From a virus (Duplodnaviria > Heunggongvirae > Uroviricota > Caudoviricetes), in IMG/VR virus record IMGVR_UViG_3300005264_000029, positions 1-64,000 of that record: a stretch of 64,000 nt of DNA, one strand, 5' to 3'. A model generated the notes under the pieces. It had not been told where the DNA came from and did not search any database. It worked only from the letters and a program-made list of their open reading frames with translations. How positions within the stretch are numbered: the stretch's first letter is position 1; every line of letters starts with the position of its first letter. Made by a program: the position numbers and the translations under genes. Below are positions 56,201 to 64,000 of the stretch, piece by piece.

Positions 56201-57821
56201 CTGTTACCCATGTAACACCATTCCATTGATATCCATTATAACCAGCACCAGATTTTCCAGAAATTAAATAATAACTTCCATCATAAGTAAATGTCGTTGG
56301 TGCTGAATAATCACCTAAATCAGTTAATCCTGAAAATATATCTGTATCATATGTCCATGAACTTCCAGTATTTTCATACCCATAAAATTCACCATTTGCT
56401 GCACCTGATATTAAATATGTAGATGATTCCTTATCTAGATCAAACTCATACGCATTTACATAATCTATTTGATTATAATTAATTTGTTCAGATTCATATA
56501 CTTCCCTTACTTGTGTAGCTGTAAGTGCAATATCTAAGATCTTTACATCATCGATTGATTGATGTGCATAATTAAGATTTTGAAAACTTGATATTAATTT
56601 ATATAATCCATCATCTGTTGTTAAGGTACCTAAAGCATTATTTACACTTGTAGCAACAAGTTCTCCATCAATATATATTTTAGAATTTAATCCATCATAT
56701 GTGGCAGTTAATTCATAATATTTATCTATATTAGGAATCCAAGCATGTGATAAAGACAATACTGTTGCTCCATTACCTATCTGTAAAACTAATTCATTAT
56801 TTGTGGGATAATAATAAAATTGAGTAGCATAATTATATCCCGCTGTACCTCTTTCTTGAATTATTGCAGAATTTACTATAGGAATAGATAAATATTTAAT
56901 ATCTGCACTAATTGTAAATTCAGATATCCCATCAAATAATTGTTTATTATAAGTAGCATAATCATCTACTCCGTCAAATGCTAACCCTCTTTCATCATCA
57001 AGTATTACTCCATTAGTTAGAGTTCCTGTTACATCATTAGGCATAGTGATTCCACCATTAAGAGTACCTGTTAATTCTGAATGTCTTGTTACTCCACCAG
57101 AAGTTGTTCCATCATTAAATGTTTTACCTACTATATTTCCATCATTTCTTACTGGATATGTTTCTTCATCACCAGTAAATAAATATTTTAGAAAAGATGA
57201 CTCGTAATCATAATTTGATACAAACGTAGATGTTAAAGAATTACTAAAATATTGAATTTCATCAACTATTTCTATTGGTTGATATTCTAAAGTATTAATT
57301 TCATAGGAATGTGCAATATTTCCCCCTATAATATTATTTTCTAATTTAAGTCTAATACCTTGAACATTTTTATTTAAAGTATATGTTCCTAAATCTACTG
57401 CACCTCCACCATTAGAATTAGTAATATCACTAAGTGTAGCTTCAAAAGACCATGTACTACCATCATATGTTTCTAAAGATCCCCTTCTTTGTCTACCAGT
57501 ACCGGATGCACCATTAATAATAGTATATCTATATGTTATTGTTGATATATTAGTTTCTTTAAATATTTTTTGAACATATACATAAGTAGAACCAGTAGAA
57601 CCAGTAGAAGCTGATGCATATGTTCCATCATTATGATCGAATGTATTTTCAACATTTGACACTGTTAAAGATCCTCCAGACCCAGATGTTCCAAAAGCTG
57701 ATACATCCTCTCCTACAAAAAATAAATCTAAATCTACCTCTGATGTTGTAGCACTCGCCACACTAACTAATGTTAGACTCATTAAAAAAAATATTAGAAA
57801 TTTTGAAAAAATCTTATTCAT
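50289..57821 (-). CDS. giant secreted protein (2510 aa): signal peptide, multiple LamG/ConA-like domains, about 20 repeats of a roughly 50-aa 'YLISG...GYxWxGSxWxxDxxIxxGLxDVGxxSxPTxF' unit
   Basis: signal peptide 'MNKIFSKFLIFFLMSLTLVSVASA'; near-identical repeats 'GYIWGGSSWSSDAGIISGLPDVGS' x3; LamG boxes throughout. Confidence 0.75.
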   Translation of the reverse strand: MNKIFSKFLIFFLMSLTLVSVASATTSEVDLDLFFVGEDVSAFGTSGSGGSLTVSNVENTFDHNDGTYASASTGSTGSTYVYVQKIFKETNISTITYRYTIINGASGTGRQRRGSLETYDGSTWSFEATLSDITNSNGGGAVDLGTYTLNKNVQGIRLKLENNIIGGNIAHSYEINTLEYQPIEIVDEIQYFSNSLTSTFVSNYDYESSFLKYLFTGDEETYPVRNDGNIVGKTFNDGTTSGGVTRHSELTGTLNGGITMPNDVTGTLTNGVILDDERGLAFDGVDDYATYNKQLFDGISEFTISADIKYLSIPIVNSAIIQERGTAGYNYATQFYYYPTNNELVLQIGNGATVLSLSHAWIPNIDKYYELTATYDGLNSKIYIDGELVATSVNNALGTLTTDDGLYKLISSFQNLNYAHQSIDDVKILDIALTATQVREVYESEQINYNQIDYVNAYEFDLDKESSTYLISGAANGEFYGYENTGSSWTYDTDIFSGLTDLGDYSAPTTFTYDGSYYLISGKSGAGYNGYQWNGVTWVTDSDIVIGIGEVGTWSKPDVFKMNGSMYLISGGSGSGTATGNKWNGSQWVADTAIMNGLVTSFVSFDSEVFEKDGEFYLIAGSNDGQFDGYKWVESTWVSNSSIVTGLTDVGDYSSPTIFYIDDELYLISGLIGGTFNGWNWNGSQWISDGGIISGLPSVGSNSVPMVFEHFLDNTITGEYHNGLKGHSMSFDGSDDYVLVPNPNLKQGDLSVCFWVKPDAIGVGEYDWVISQGTVNTKWNLFFDQGNFRIRGDQATTSDKVYGLDYAAGSGHPMGGKIDDITILNTRLSAEEVLELYETGSTSYGLHEHLEGYEFNFENILDDTTTTSSTINGKYGKALEFDGVDDYVSISGTALSSTEGTICLWHNSESTTTSFDKVFGHYNSGSRIYLQAGTTANRFEWVFGNGETLSYAVTDNLNEWNYRCVRYDNGNAEIFNNGYNAGSFTYTLLTSMADFELGALYVASASNYYDGQIDEVRIWDITLTSEEIQKEMNSNKPIKSEGLVASYSFEETGGTTTEDLNHLNSGIIGESAMYFDGVDDYVSFTDTGDLTEFAVCNWFNPSSIQASSTNRISLIGDTSPSNDNFLGFNIGTNVYFMEFKDGTSIASPVGFLDYNVYQHICYVYDSALITFYKNGEYIYHTGTSNKNISLQYLGIGYSSTRYNGSLDDVRIYNTSLMNTADDVIINNPTHAGLPLYRDTATADQYCVENGYEKHVSYTDSGMGFGHQKYQYSGSWTIESAQMQHIETITCGNPSKYIEQLYNNEYFDTTNLVYHASFEELENSVIHDRNEQLCVGCTTYKDSNSKVFDLQALFKSTDVNDGVYENYAFSDGNMIGGVTRNDNIVGSLINGPTWTSRGLEFDGVDDYVSVPTISFNAGDEYSINFIVQTDSLINQGYMGEIGLTRNFIISGGEDITLELGSTGTNHLLELSGLRTDLRHISLNFETYNLTHQLISTYTNGVLTDVDIVLQDNFIIEGIGRAYTNRFIFGQIDDVLILDRALTNTEVQELYKNGRSALSEIDRTEGYFFDFSEGTGTITVGETATGKYGKALEFDGVDDKISMDMMTPDATATALTYCTWAKHNSDMLGTVTSFNMVVGETHTLGFRDFTTYTDIVWRFDNSGARTIQSPITYDEYKDWHYYCGNYWETGATSVQQLYIDGILIDQQNEANHALDYSLVDTLGAHPLDIQHFNGSLDEVRIWDAALSQEEIKAEMESSIPRRNENLVSSFSFEETEGITAYDMNQVAGTQAELYGSVNGKTTNDGSIMDTVTGNDFPWLSNTQIISGLGDVGSYADLVVFEVDNEWYLISGSSANGHIWGGSSWSSDAGIISGLSGSYISPTTFEKDGNLYLINGNFDGDFDGYIWGGSSWSSDAGIISGLPDVGSHSAPTIFYLNDNWYLISGEHDGVFNGYIWGGSSWSSDAGIISGLPDVGSRSKPKTFEKDGNLYLVIGNSVGDFDGYIWGGSSWSVNAEVISGLSDVGTYSTASTFYMLNTWYTITGDQDGTFDGYNLETDQKWFADTNLLNGLPGSSSGVQPEVFTMDGNLYNIQCISSGQCTGYEWNGVSWKPNAPIEAGITEGIDYLQSTVFYKDSTWYLIMGSMNDQNRGYEWTGSAWSVNTAITNGIIDEPGDSRGLIYSSPEVYHDGTDWILISGMEDGTFESFKWVTNAWVSDSSYISGLGDIGQRASPDVFEVNGERYLIAGEYNGVVYGYVWKDSAWQMDLEIINSIGDVGLYNTPSQFEYNDKVYLITGTADAGNELYGFNYDLGSITRDQDITGTLTNGVGVHSAVQGSLENGVTWSTDRGVSFDGVDDYVQYNKNIDLSGSKLTINLFIKTDDATTRSAFRIQSGDYIVLPYNDEAILSFDGGVGGGVSFGNYYDDNWHMITLTWEKNTVNGFKTYLDGVLQNQRTSANINIPNIPDEIYFGSYGGTSEFFDGEIDDVKILDVALTQAEITELYNTGKVNYENYE

Positions 57822-57840
57822 ATACTATTTAGAATTTTGT

Positions 57841-57866
57841 AGGTTTATATATGTATTTAGAAGAAT
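57841..57866 (-). promoter_or_regulatory. class-B promoter variant upstream of giant gene
   Basis: +strand 'AGGTTTATATATGTATTTAGAAG' = minus-strand TATATAAACCT TATA about 20 nt before start. Confidence 0.4.
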
Positions 57867-57872
57867 ATGTAT

Positions 57873-58364
57873 TTAGAGATTCCGAAGAATTCTATCAGAC
57901 ATTGATAATGGTTGTTGATTAGTATTTTTCTTACATTTCTTTTTTGACTTTGTAGTTGCTTGTGTTGCTTTTTGACCAAGTGCCCTAGAGACATCAAAGT
58001 TCATCCCACCGAATGAAGATTTTGCCCCTTGTCCCATTTGTTTACCTGCAGAATGACCTTGAGTGCCAACTTTTTTAGCCATATTACCTAATTTTTTCAT
58101 ACCGCCTTTAAACTTATCACCTGTTGTTCTTGTATCTCTAAGTTGATCTCTTTGTTTATCATATTTAGCAGATTCTTGAGATACCATTTCCTTTCTTCTT
58201 TCATCGAGAATTATCTTTCTATCTTCAAGGAAATCTGATCTTGCCTGTTTTCTTGCTTCTTCTCTATAAACTCTATCCCTTTCAGCAATATCTCTTTCAA
58301 ATTCTCTTTCTTCTTGTTTCCTATTTTGTCTATCGTGATAAGCTTTTTTTATTCCCTCAAACAT
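57873..58364 (-). CDS. charged R/E/K-rich coiled-coil protein (163 aa)
   Basis: ORF track. Confidence 0.5.
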   Translation of the reverse strand: MFEGIKKAYHDRQNRKQEEREFERDIAERDRVYREEARKQARSDFLEDRKIILDERRKEMVSQESAKYDKQRDQLRDTRTTGDKFKGGMKKLGNMAKKVGTQGHSAGKQMGQGAKSSFGGMNFDVSRALGQKATQATTKSKKKCKKNTNQQPLSMSDRILRNL

Positions 58365-58367
58365 TTT

Positions 58368-59906
58368 TTATAAGAACCTCATAACATCCATTTTCTTCTT
58401 AGGAACTCCTTTAGGTGCTGCAAATTTTCCACCTAATTTAGACATATCAAATCCTCCTGTTTTCTTTCCTCTACCAAGTAATCGCATATCAAATCCTTTA
58501 CTTTGAACTTGACCAGCTCCTGTGAATTGATGAATACTATCTACTCCTCTATTACCTTGACCAGCTCCTGTGAATTGATGAATACTATCTACTCCTCTAT
58601 TACCTTGAGAACCTCCTGTGAATTGCATGATTGACTCAGGTCCACTTCTTTGTTGCGACTGACCTCCTGTGAATTGTAATAATCTATCAGCTCCGCCAGA
58701 TTGTCCACCACCAAGTGCAGACCTTACATCTCCACCACGTCCTCCTGTGAATTGTAATATAGATGCAGCTCCTGCAGTTTGTCCTGCACCTCCTGTAAAA
58801 TCACTAACACTAGATTGAAATCCTAAAGATCCACCAGATTGACTACCGCCCATTGGAGCTTGTCCAGGACTTGCGCCTATCTGAGAGTATGAAACTGGAG
58901 CTTTTCCTTTAGTCATAGCTTCTAATGTCATTAATCTTTTAAATCCTGCTTTAGAACCACCAATCGCTAATAATTTCTTTTCATGAATAACAACTTTTGC
59001 TTTAGTTCTTCCAGCATGTTTCATTTTAATTCTATTACCATCAGCATCTAACACATATTCACCTTGTTTATTTTTCTTATAATAAACCCTTTCAGGTAAA
59101 CCCGGTAAATTATCTATAGAAATTCCTGAACCTTCATTTACAGCCATTGCACCTACTGAACTTACTGCTCCAGTAGTTTGATTTCCACCAAGTGCATTTC
59201 GTACACCATTTGAAGTTCCTCCACTTCCCTTAAGTAATGCTTTTAATCCTTCTTGTCCACTTCCACCAAGTGCTACTTTTTGTTGTACACTTCCTTGTCT
59301 ATACCCTGCAAGAGAATTAAGTACATCATTTTTTCTAATTCCTGTCATATCACCCATAGACGATAATACTCCTGATACTTTCGATTCTTGTTTTGTCTGT
59401 TCTTGTTTAGCTTGTGGTTCAGACTTAGGTGGTTCTTCTATTTTATTTTTTTGTATTTCTATATTATCAGCATCTGTTTTCATTCTAGCAAAGAAATCAT
59501 TTTCTGGTGGATTTGGAGCAGATGATGGAGCTACGTTATTTTGATATTGCATTACTTCTGCATCATTTTTCATTTTATTGAAAAAATTATCAGGTGAATT
59601 AACCCTTTCACCGGCAGATTTCATCTTTTCACTAAAACTATTATCGTTTTTTAATTTGTCAGCTGCAATATCCATTGCATTATTTCCAGATTTCAATTCC
59701 GGTTCTTGAGGAACATCTACATATTGTTCTCCTCTAGAATTCACTTGTGGTGTATTCATCATATTAGTATTACTTGACATACCAATTCCTGGATTACCTG
59801 TACCTGGAGTATTTAATACTGATCTATTAGGTTCATTTAACATAGTTTCCCCACCATATAATATACTAGGTTCTTCTTTAGTTTTAGAAATACTTTCTCT
59901 ATTCAT
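58368..59906 (-). CDS. Gly/Ser/Gln-rich protein with C-terminal tandem 16-aa 'VDSIHQFTGAGQGNRG / LQFTGG' repeats (512 aa)
   Basis: 48-bp nucleotide tandem repeat at 58513-58640 encodes the repeats. Confidence 0.55.
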   Translation of the reverse strand: MNRESISKTKEEPSILYGGETMLNEPNRSVLNTPGTGNPGIGMSSNTNMMNTPQVNSRGEQYVDVPQEPELKSGNNAMDIAADKLKNDNSFSEKMKSAGERVNSPDNFFNKMKNDAEVMQYQNNVAPSSAPNPPENDFFARMKTDADNIEIQKNKIEEPPKSEPQAKQEQTKQESKVSGVLSSMGDMTGIRKNDVLNSLAGYRQGSVQQKVALGGSGQEGLKALLKGSGGTSNGVRNALGGNQTTGAVSSVGAMAVNEGSGISIDNLPGLPERVYYKKNKQGEYVLDADGNRIKMKHAGRTKAKVVIHEKKLLAIGGSKAGFKRLMTLEAMTKGKAPVSYSQIGASPGQAPMGGSQSGGSLGFQSSVSDFTGGAGQTAGAASILQFTGGRGGDVRSALGGGQSGGADRLLQFTGGQSQQRSGPESIMQFTGGSQGNRGVDSIHQFTGAGQGNRGVDSIHQFTGAGQVQSKGFDMRLLGRGKKTGGFDMSKLGGKFAAPKGVPKKKMDVMRFL

Positions 59907-59939
59907 AATTATATCTTGATGACTAAAGTTTATATATGT

Positions 59940-59964
59940 AATTATTATCTAGAATTATATGTGT
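59940..59964 (-). promoter_or_regulatory. class-B promoter (+strand GTTTATATATGTAATTATTATCTAG)
   Basis: identical to 60556-60581 and to arms of 13663-13710. Confidence 0.5.
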
Positions 59965-59984
59965 GTTGTTAAAAAAGGTAAAAA

Positions 59985-60329
59985 TTATTTAATATTTTTA
60001 ATTTGTTCAAGTTTTGAATTAATGAACTGTGTTGATTGAGGACTAACAAATCTATCAGCTGTTATTTCTCTTTTAATGCCATTAACATCTGCAATGATTG
60101 CCATTCTGTTTTTAGCAAATGGTGATGATGCTCCAGAACCTAACATATTATTTAATACATTCGGAAATCTATTTGATCCACCAACAGTTCTACCTTGTAA
60201 TTGATTTAATCCAGCAATAACTTCATTTGAGATTTTCATACATTTAGATGTAGCAGACTGACTATAGTCTGGGGATTTACTTATATCTGATTTTAGTGTA
60301 GTTATTCTACTAATTAATTTTTCTATCAT
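59985..60329 (-). CDS. hypothetical protein (114 aa)
   Basis: ORF track. Confidence 0.45.
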   Translation of the reverse strand: MIEKLISRITTLKSDISKSPDYSQSATSKCMKISNEVIAGLNQLQGRTVGGSNRFPNVLNNMLGSGASSPFAKNRMAIIADVNGIKREITADRFVSPQSTQFINSKLEQIKNIK

Positions 60330-60337
60330 TTTTTTAT

Positions 60338-60532
60338 TTATTGAAAGAAGTTAGCTAGGTTTACTCTCATTACCTTACTTCCAGGATTAGCCTGCTCTAA
60401 TTGTTTACCTTTATGGATTGCTTCAAGTACTGAATTAGCATTTACATACTCTGTTCTATACTTTAAAGCTCCTGGTACTTTTATGTCAACCTTAAAAGGT
60501 CTTTCATGTGGTGTTCCGTGCATTCTTACCAT
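60338..60532 (-). CDS. small basic protein (64 aa), possible DNA-binding
   Basis: ORF track; class-B promoter directly upstream. Confidence 0.4.
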   Translation of the reverse strand: MVRMHGTPHERPFKVDIKVPGALKYRTEYVNANSVLEAIHKGKQLEQANPGSKVMRVNLANFFQ

Positions 60533-60555
60533 AATAATAATATAATCATATCATA

Positions 60556-60581
60556 GGTTTATATATGTAATTATTATCTAG
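60556..60581 (-). promoter_or_regulatory. class-B promoter
   Basis: GGTTTATATATGTAATTATTATCTAG on + strand. Confidence 0.5.
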
Positions 60582-60611
60582 TACTCTACGAATGAAATGA
60601 ATAGATAATAA

Positions 60612-60884
60612 TTACTGTTGCATTATACCAGAAACGAAGAAATATAACATTACGGTAAGTACTAATAGAATAGGTATTATTTCCCAATAGGATATCCATT
60701 CAGAATTCATTTGTTCAATCATTGCTTTATTTGGTGATTCATCATCAATCATTCCTTCAATTGTTGGTTGATAGTCTACTTGTATTACTTGGTTAAATAC
60801 AATATAAAGTATTCCAAGGCCGAATAGAAATCCTAATCCATATATAAAATTAAAGGCTAACGAACCTTTTTTATTAAACGTCAT
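60612..60884 (-). CDS. two-TM small membrane protein (90 aa)
   Basis: paralogous in topology to 60887..61183. Confidence 0.45.
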   Translation of the reverse strand: MTFNKKGSLAFNFIYGLGFLFGLGILYIVFNQVIQVDYQPTIEGMIDDESPNKAMIEQMNSEWISYWEIIPILLVLTVMLYFFVSGIMQQ

Positions 60885-60886
60885 TT

Positions 60887-61183
60887 TTAGAATTGCCTCT
60901 CAATTGGTTCTTTCTTGATTGATATAACAAACAAGAACACCATAATCATACCTAGTATAATATAAGGTAGAAATTTCCAAATATCTAAGAAATTATTAAT
61001 TCCTGCCTCAGCCTGAACTCCTACCTCTCCTTCAGGTAATGCATCAATTAGAACTGGGGCTAAATCTTCAAAGAATACCACGTTAAATGTGAGTACAAGT
61101 ACTGTAAGTCCAAACATTGTTGCTAGTGCGAAAATCCATTCTTGTCCTATTCCACCTTTTTTGTTATTATATAATTGTTTCAT
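60887..61183 (-). CDS. two-TM small membrane protein (98 aa)
   Basis: ORF track. Confidence 0.45.
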   Translation of the reverse strand: MKQLYNNKKGGIGQEWIFALATMFGLTVLVLTFNVVFFEDLAPVLIDALPEGEVGVQAEAGINNFLDIWKFLPYIILGMIMVFLFVISIKKEPIERQF

Positions 61184-62037
61184 CTTGTAAGAAACCTCTG
61201 AAAATTAGTATGTGATGTTGTCTTATGCGGAGTTTCTGCAAATGCTGGTTTAATTCTATTCATAAATGAAACAAATCTATTTTGTTTTTTAGGTTTTGTA
61301 TGATATGGGTTAATATTTGTATTTCCTCTATGTTGAGTTATGTCGCCAACAAATATTCTTTCTGGTGGTATAACATGTTTATCAAAATTATATTTCATCT
61401 TTTTCTTTATTACCGGTTCTGGATATGTTTTATAATTAGTATTTGTAATGGTTGTAAATATTGTATCTGAAAGTACTGGCATTTCTCCAGTATAATCTAA
61501 GTTTTTAAATTTCTTTCTAGGATTAGGAGGCGATAATTTAACACCTGCTTGTACTTTAATATTAGAAAGTGATGACTTTTCTTCTACTTGCATCTTAGCT
61601 ATCATTGCTATAGGAGATACTTTTGTCACCTCTTTAAGAGGTTTTATGATCTTTGTTTCTTTAGGAATTGTTATACTTAATTTAGGAAGTTCTTTTAATT
61701 GTTCAATATCATCTTTTTCAAAATTATTAAGTGTTATTTTTCCATCAAATTCTTTATATTTACAAAAGAACCCACCATCTTTTTCTATTACAAAATTATT
61801 TAATCTATATCTATCCTGAATATCTTTTAACTTTTTCTTAAGTGCTTTTTTCTCTCTTGGATTTGTAAGAAAATTAGTCTCATCCTCAAGATTGTTTATT
61901 TGTTTTAGAATATTATTTTCTTTTAACTTAGTATTTTCAAATTCTATTATGTGTCTTAAAATTACTGCATCTGTATCTTGCTCCTTAATTTCAGGAAATA
62001 CAAAACCATTAGAATTATCATTATTGTCATTAATCAT
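61180..62037 (-). CDS. hypothetical protein (285 aa)
   Basis: ORF track; ATGA coupling. Confidence 0.5.
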   Translation of the reverse strand: MINDNNDNSNGFVFPEIKEQDTDAVILRHIIEFENTKLKENNILKQINNLEDETNFLTNPREKKALKKKLKDIQDRYRLNNFVIEKDGGFFCKYKEFDGKITLNNFEKDDIEQLKELPKLSITIPKETKIIKPLKEVTKVSPIAMIAKMQVEEKSSLSNIKVQAGVKLSPPNPRKKFKNLDYTGEMPVLSDTIFTTITNTNYKTYPEPVIKKKMKYNFDKHVIPPERIFVGDITQHRGNTNINPYHTKPKKQNRFVSFMNRIKPAFAETPHKTTSHTNFQRFLTR

Positions 62038-62087
62038 ATGTATAATTAGAAACTTTGATACTTATATATGTATTTAAAAAATAATTA

Positions 62088-64000
62088 TTATAATTTAGAA
62101 AGAACATTGAATTTCTTTCTATTAACTTTTTTGTTTAATGATTGAATTGGGTTTACCTTAAACCCTCTTTGACTTCTACTACTATTACCCCATCCCATTC
62201 CTGTACCTTTAAATCCTGGAGGCATAACCATTGCTCCACTAAGAGGAGTAAATACAGGAATTGATGTTTGTGCTGCAGTTGAGGATTTTGCTTGCATATC
62301 TGTTAATGTTTGAACTCCTACTACCGGAGATATAGTCTCAGTGATTGTGGGCGTTGATACAATTGTAGGTGTTGTTGCAAATGTTGGTACTCCTGTAATC
62401 GATGGTACATTTGTTCTTGCACCTATAGGTAATTGTGATCTTGTTGATGTTAATGATTTTCTACTAGATGTTAATGCTTGTAGTTTAGACTTCATATTAC
62501 CTATTAATGATTTTTGTCCATTTGTTGTAGTTGATGATTGACCAATTGTTGTAGTTTTAAATCCACTTTTTAATTTTGATACGCCAACAGTTGGTCCTCT
62601 AAACGGTTTTTTTCTTCCTATCTTTTCTAGAATATCTCCTACTCCTTCATATGGGTCTAATACATATCCAGTAACTTCTGCAGTTTTTCTTGTAAGTTGT
62701 TTACCTGATTCCTTAACACCTAAGCCTTTAGTCAATCTATGTTTAGTAACCATTCCACCTAATACCCCAGCAGATATACCTCCTATAGTTCCAGAAGTAA
62801 GCAATTGTTTACCTGATACATCTTCACCACGTGATCCTGCAGTTGTTAATTCCGAAGCCATTCCTTCACTAATTCCAAGAGATGCTGTAGTTCTAGATGC
62901 TTGGCCTGTTAATGCAGTAATTCCTTCTCTTTTAGAACCTTCTTTAAAGACCTGTCCTGCACCAAATTTAGTTTTAAAATATTGAGATCCTATTCTTTCA
63001 GTTGTTGCCGCTCCTGCACCAAGTCCTGCAATCTCTCCATATTGTCTTGTTTTGAATTCTGCATATATTAAGTCTTTAGCTACTTGTCTATCCCTTGGAT
63101 TAGTTATTCCTTTAGAATCTAAATATCTATTAATAGAATCATCACCTAATTCTTTAACTTCACTAAATAATGCAGCTCCACCCATTGGTGATATTCCTGC
63201 AATAAAACCTTTTCCAGTACTATCAGTTGATGCTATACCTCTATTATATGCGGCCTGTCCAGCACTAGCACTAAATCCATATTTATTCTTTAGATTTTGT
63301 TTATTACGTTTATCTTCTTCAGTTGTTGTTACTTTTCTATATCCTTCAGTAACACCTAATTGAGCTGTACCTGATACAGCTGTAACTTTAGGTAATGCTG
63401 AACCTGCAACTTCTACTCTTTTACCAACATAACCAAATCCTGTACCAGCCTTTCCTTTAGTTTGCCATGCCATTTGTTGACCTACCCCTTTAATTCCAGC
63501 ACCAGTTGCTCGCAATCCGACTCCACCAGTTAATCCCATTGCAGTATATGAACCTATTTTTGATATTACTTTTGATGAATCAGCACCAACTCCTGCTTTT
63601 TGAAGTGCCGATGCACCAACATCGATACTTTGTTTTTGACCTGATAAATATCCCCCACCAAGTATTACTGAACCTACGGCAGCTCCACTCATTCTAGCTA
63701 ATACATTTGTATCTGCAGTTTTTGGTGAAACTTTAGTTTGAAGTGCAACTTCTTTTACACCCTTCATAAAATCACTTTTAGGTATTGCTTGACGATGCAT
63801 TGTATCTTTTGAAACAAATGTGTCACTTCCTCTTGTAGCTTCAGTAGTACTATAAAGTGTAGATACAGGTGTCTGAAAAGTATATTGTCCGGAATCACCA
63901 GATACATACGGATTAGATTTAAAACTTTTATCAATTTCTGCTTGTCTTGATTCAAATATATCTATTTTATCCTGTGTTTGATCTTCAGGTTTAGTTAAAT
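62088..64000 (-). CDS. Gly/Ser/Thr-rich large protein (at least 637 aa), N-terminus beyond window edge
   Basis: track ORF 62088..63800; frame stays open upstream of the called Met to position 64000. Confidence 0.55.
   Translation of the reverse strand, partial: LTKPEDQTQDKIDIFESRQAEIDKSFKSNPYVSGDSGQYTFQTPVSTLYSTTEATRGSDTFVSKDTMHRQAIPKSDFMKGVKEVALQTKVSPKTADTNVLARMSGAAVGSVILGGGYLSGQKQSIDVGASALQKAGVGADSSKVISKIGSYTAMGLTGGVGLRATGAGIKGVGQQMAWQTKGKAGTGFGYVGKRVEVAGSALPKVTAVSGTAQLGVTEGYRKVTTTEEDKRNKQNLKNKYGFSASAGQAAYNRGIASTDSTGKGFIAGISPMGGAALFSEVKELGDDSINRYLDSKGITNPRDRQVAKDLIYAEFKTRQYGEIAGLGAGAATTERIGSQYFKTKFGAGQVFKEGSKREGITALTGQASRTTASLGISEGMASELTTAGSRGEDVSGKQLLTSGTIGGISAGVLGGMVTKHRLTKGLGVKESGKQLTRKTAEVTGYVLDPYEGVGDILEKIGRKKPFRGPTVGVSKLKSGFKTTTIGQSSTTTNGQKSLIGNMKSKLQALTSSRKSLTSTRSQLPIGARTNVPSITGVPTFATTPTIVSTPTITETISPVVGVQTLTDMQAKSSTAAQTSIPVFTPLSGAMVMPPGFKGTGMGWGNSSRSQRGFKVNPIQSLNKKVNRKKFNVLSKL

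Noticed and set aside
60338-60532. Calling the 64-aa basic protein a specific chromatin protein (Sul7d/Cren7/MC1-like)
   Set aside because: No convincing motif match by eye; left as a generic small basic protein.
1-64000. CRISPR array
   Set aside because: The tandem repeats at 1-108, 43368-43471, 43804-43983 and 58513-58640 lack unique spacers of regular length and lack any cas genes. They are coding repeats or iterons.
1-64000. tRNA/rRNA genes
   Set aside because: No GC-rich cloverleaf-sized segment with acceptor or T-loop signatures was seen. The GC-rich patches (1447-1470, 25101-25134, 26560-26660) are hairpins or inverted-repeat arms, not tRNAs.

Overview
This 64-kb window is very AT-rich (roughly 25-30% GC by eye) and densely packed with short genes. 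It reads like an archaeal virus or integrated provirus/mobile element rather than ordinary chromosome. Promoters look archaeal (BRE/TATA-like 'AAAGGTTTATAAATACTTAAGT'), with GAGGT Shine-Dalgarno sites and many ATGA stop-start overlaps. No rRNA, tRNA or CRISPR array was found.

The plus-strand block (1 to about 43.2 kb) encodes:
- a partial repeat-rich surface protein C-terminus;
- an Hjc-like resolvase, an SPFH/flotillin-like protein and an ATP-dependent DNA ligase;
- a tandem array of about 23 mini-genes separated by a conserved 'AATTAGATTAAGACAAATG' stop/start junction;
- two divergent paralogous hydrophobic two-helix proteins, resembling spindle-virus major capsid proteins, driven by a perfect inverted-repeat promoter;
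- an IS200/IS605-type TnpB that appears degenerate in RuvC-II and its zinc finger;
- an XerC/D-like tyrosine integrase ending in a 30-bp perfect palindrome;
- a family of FCS-type zinc-finger proteins;
- a Sec11-type signal peptidase I bracketed by a 58-bp inverted repeat;
- a RecB/YqaJ-like nuclease;
- a hyper-AT island (29.4-36.2 kb) carrying a RadC/JAB protein, three copies of a promoter-leader, and clusters of a palindromic TGCCTAGA motif;
- dozens of small acidic proteins.

The minus-strand block (43.4-64 kb) encodes two giant secreted proteins of LamG/ConA-like domains and about 50-aa repeats, of 2510 and 1750 aa. These look like one gene broken at 50.23-50.29 kb. The block also has Gly/Ser-rich and tandem-repeat proteins and small two-TM proteins behind a second promoter class ('CTAGATAATAATTACATATATAAACC'). 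The two blocks converge on a repeat-filled region (43.2-44.0 kb). All functional calls rest on motifs recognised by eye; no database search was possible.
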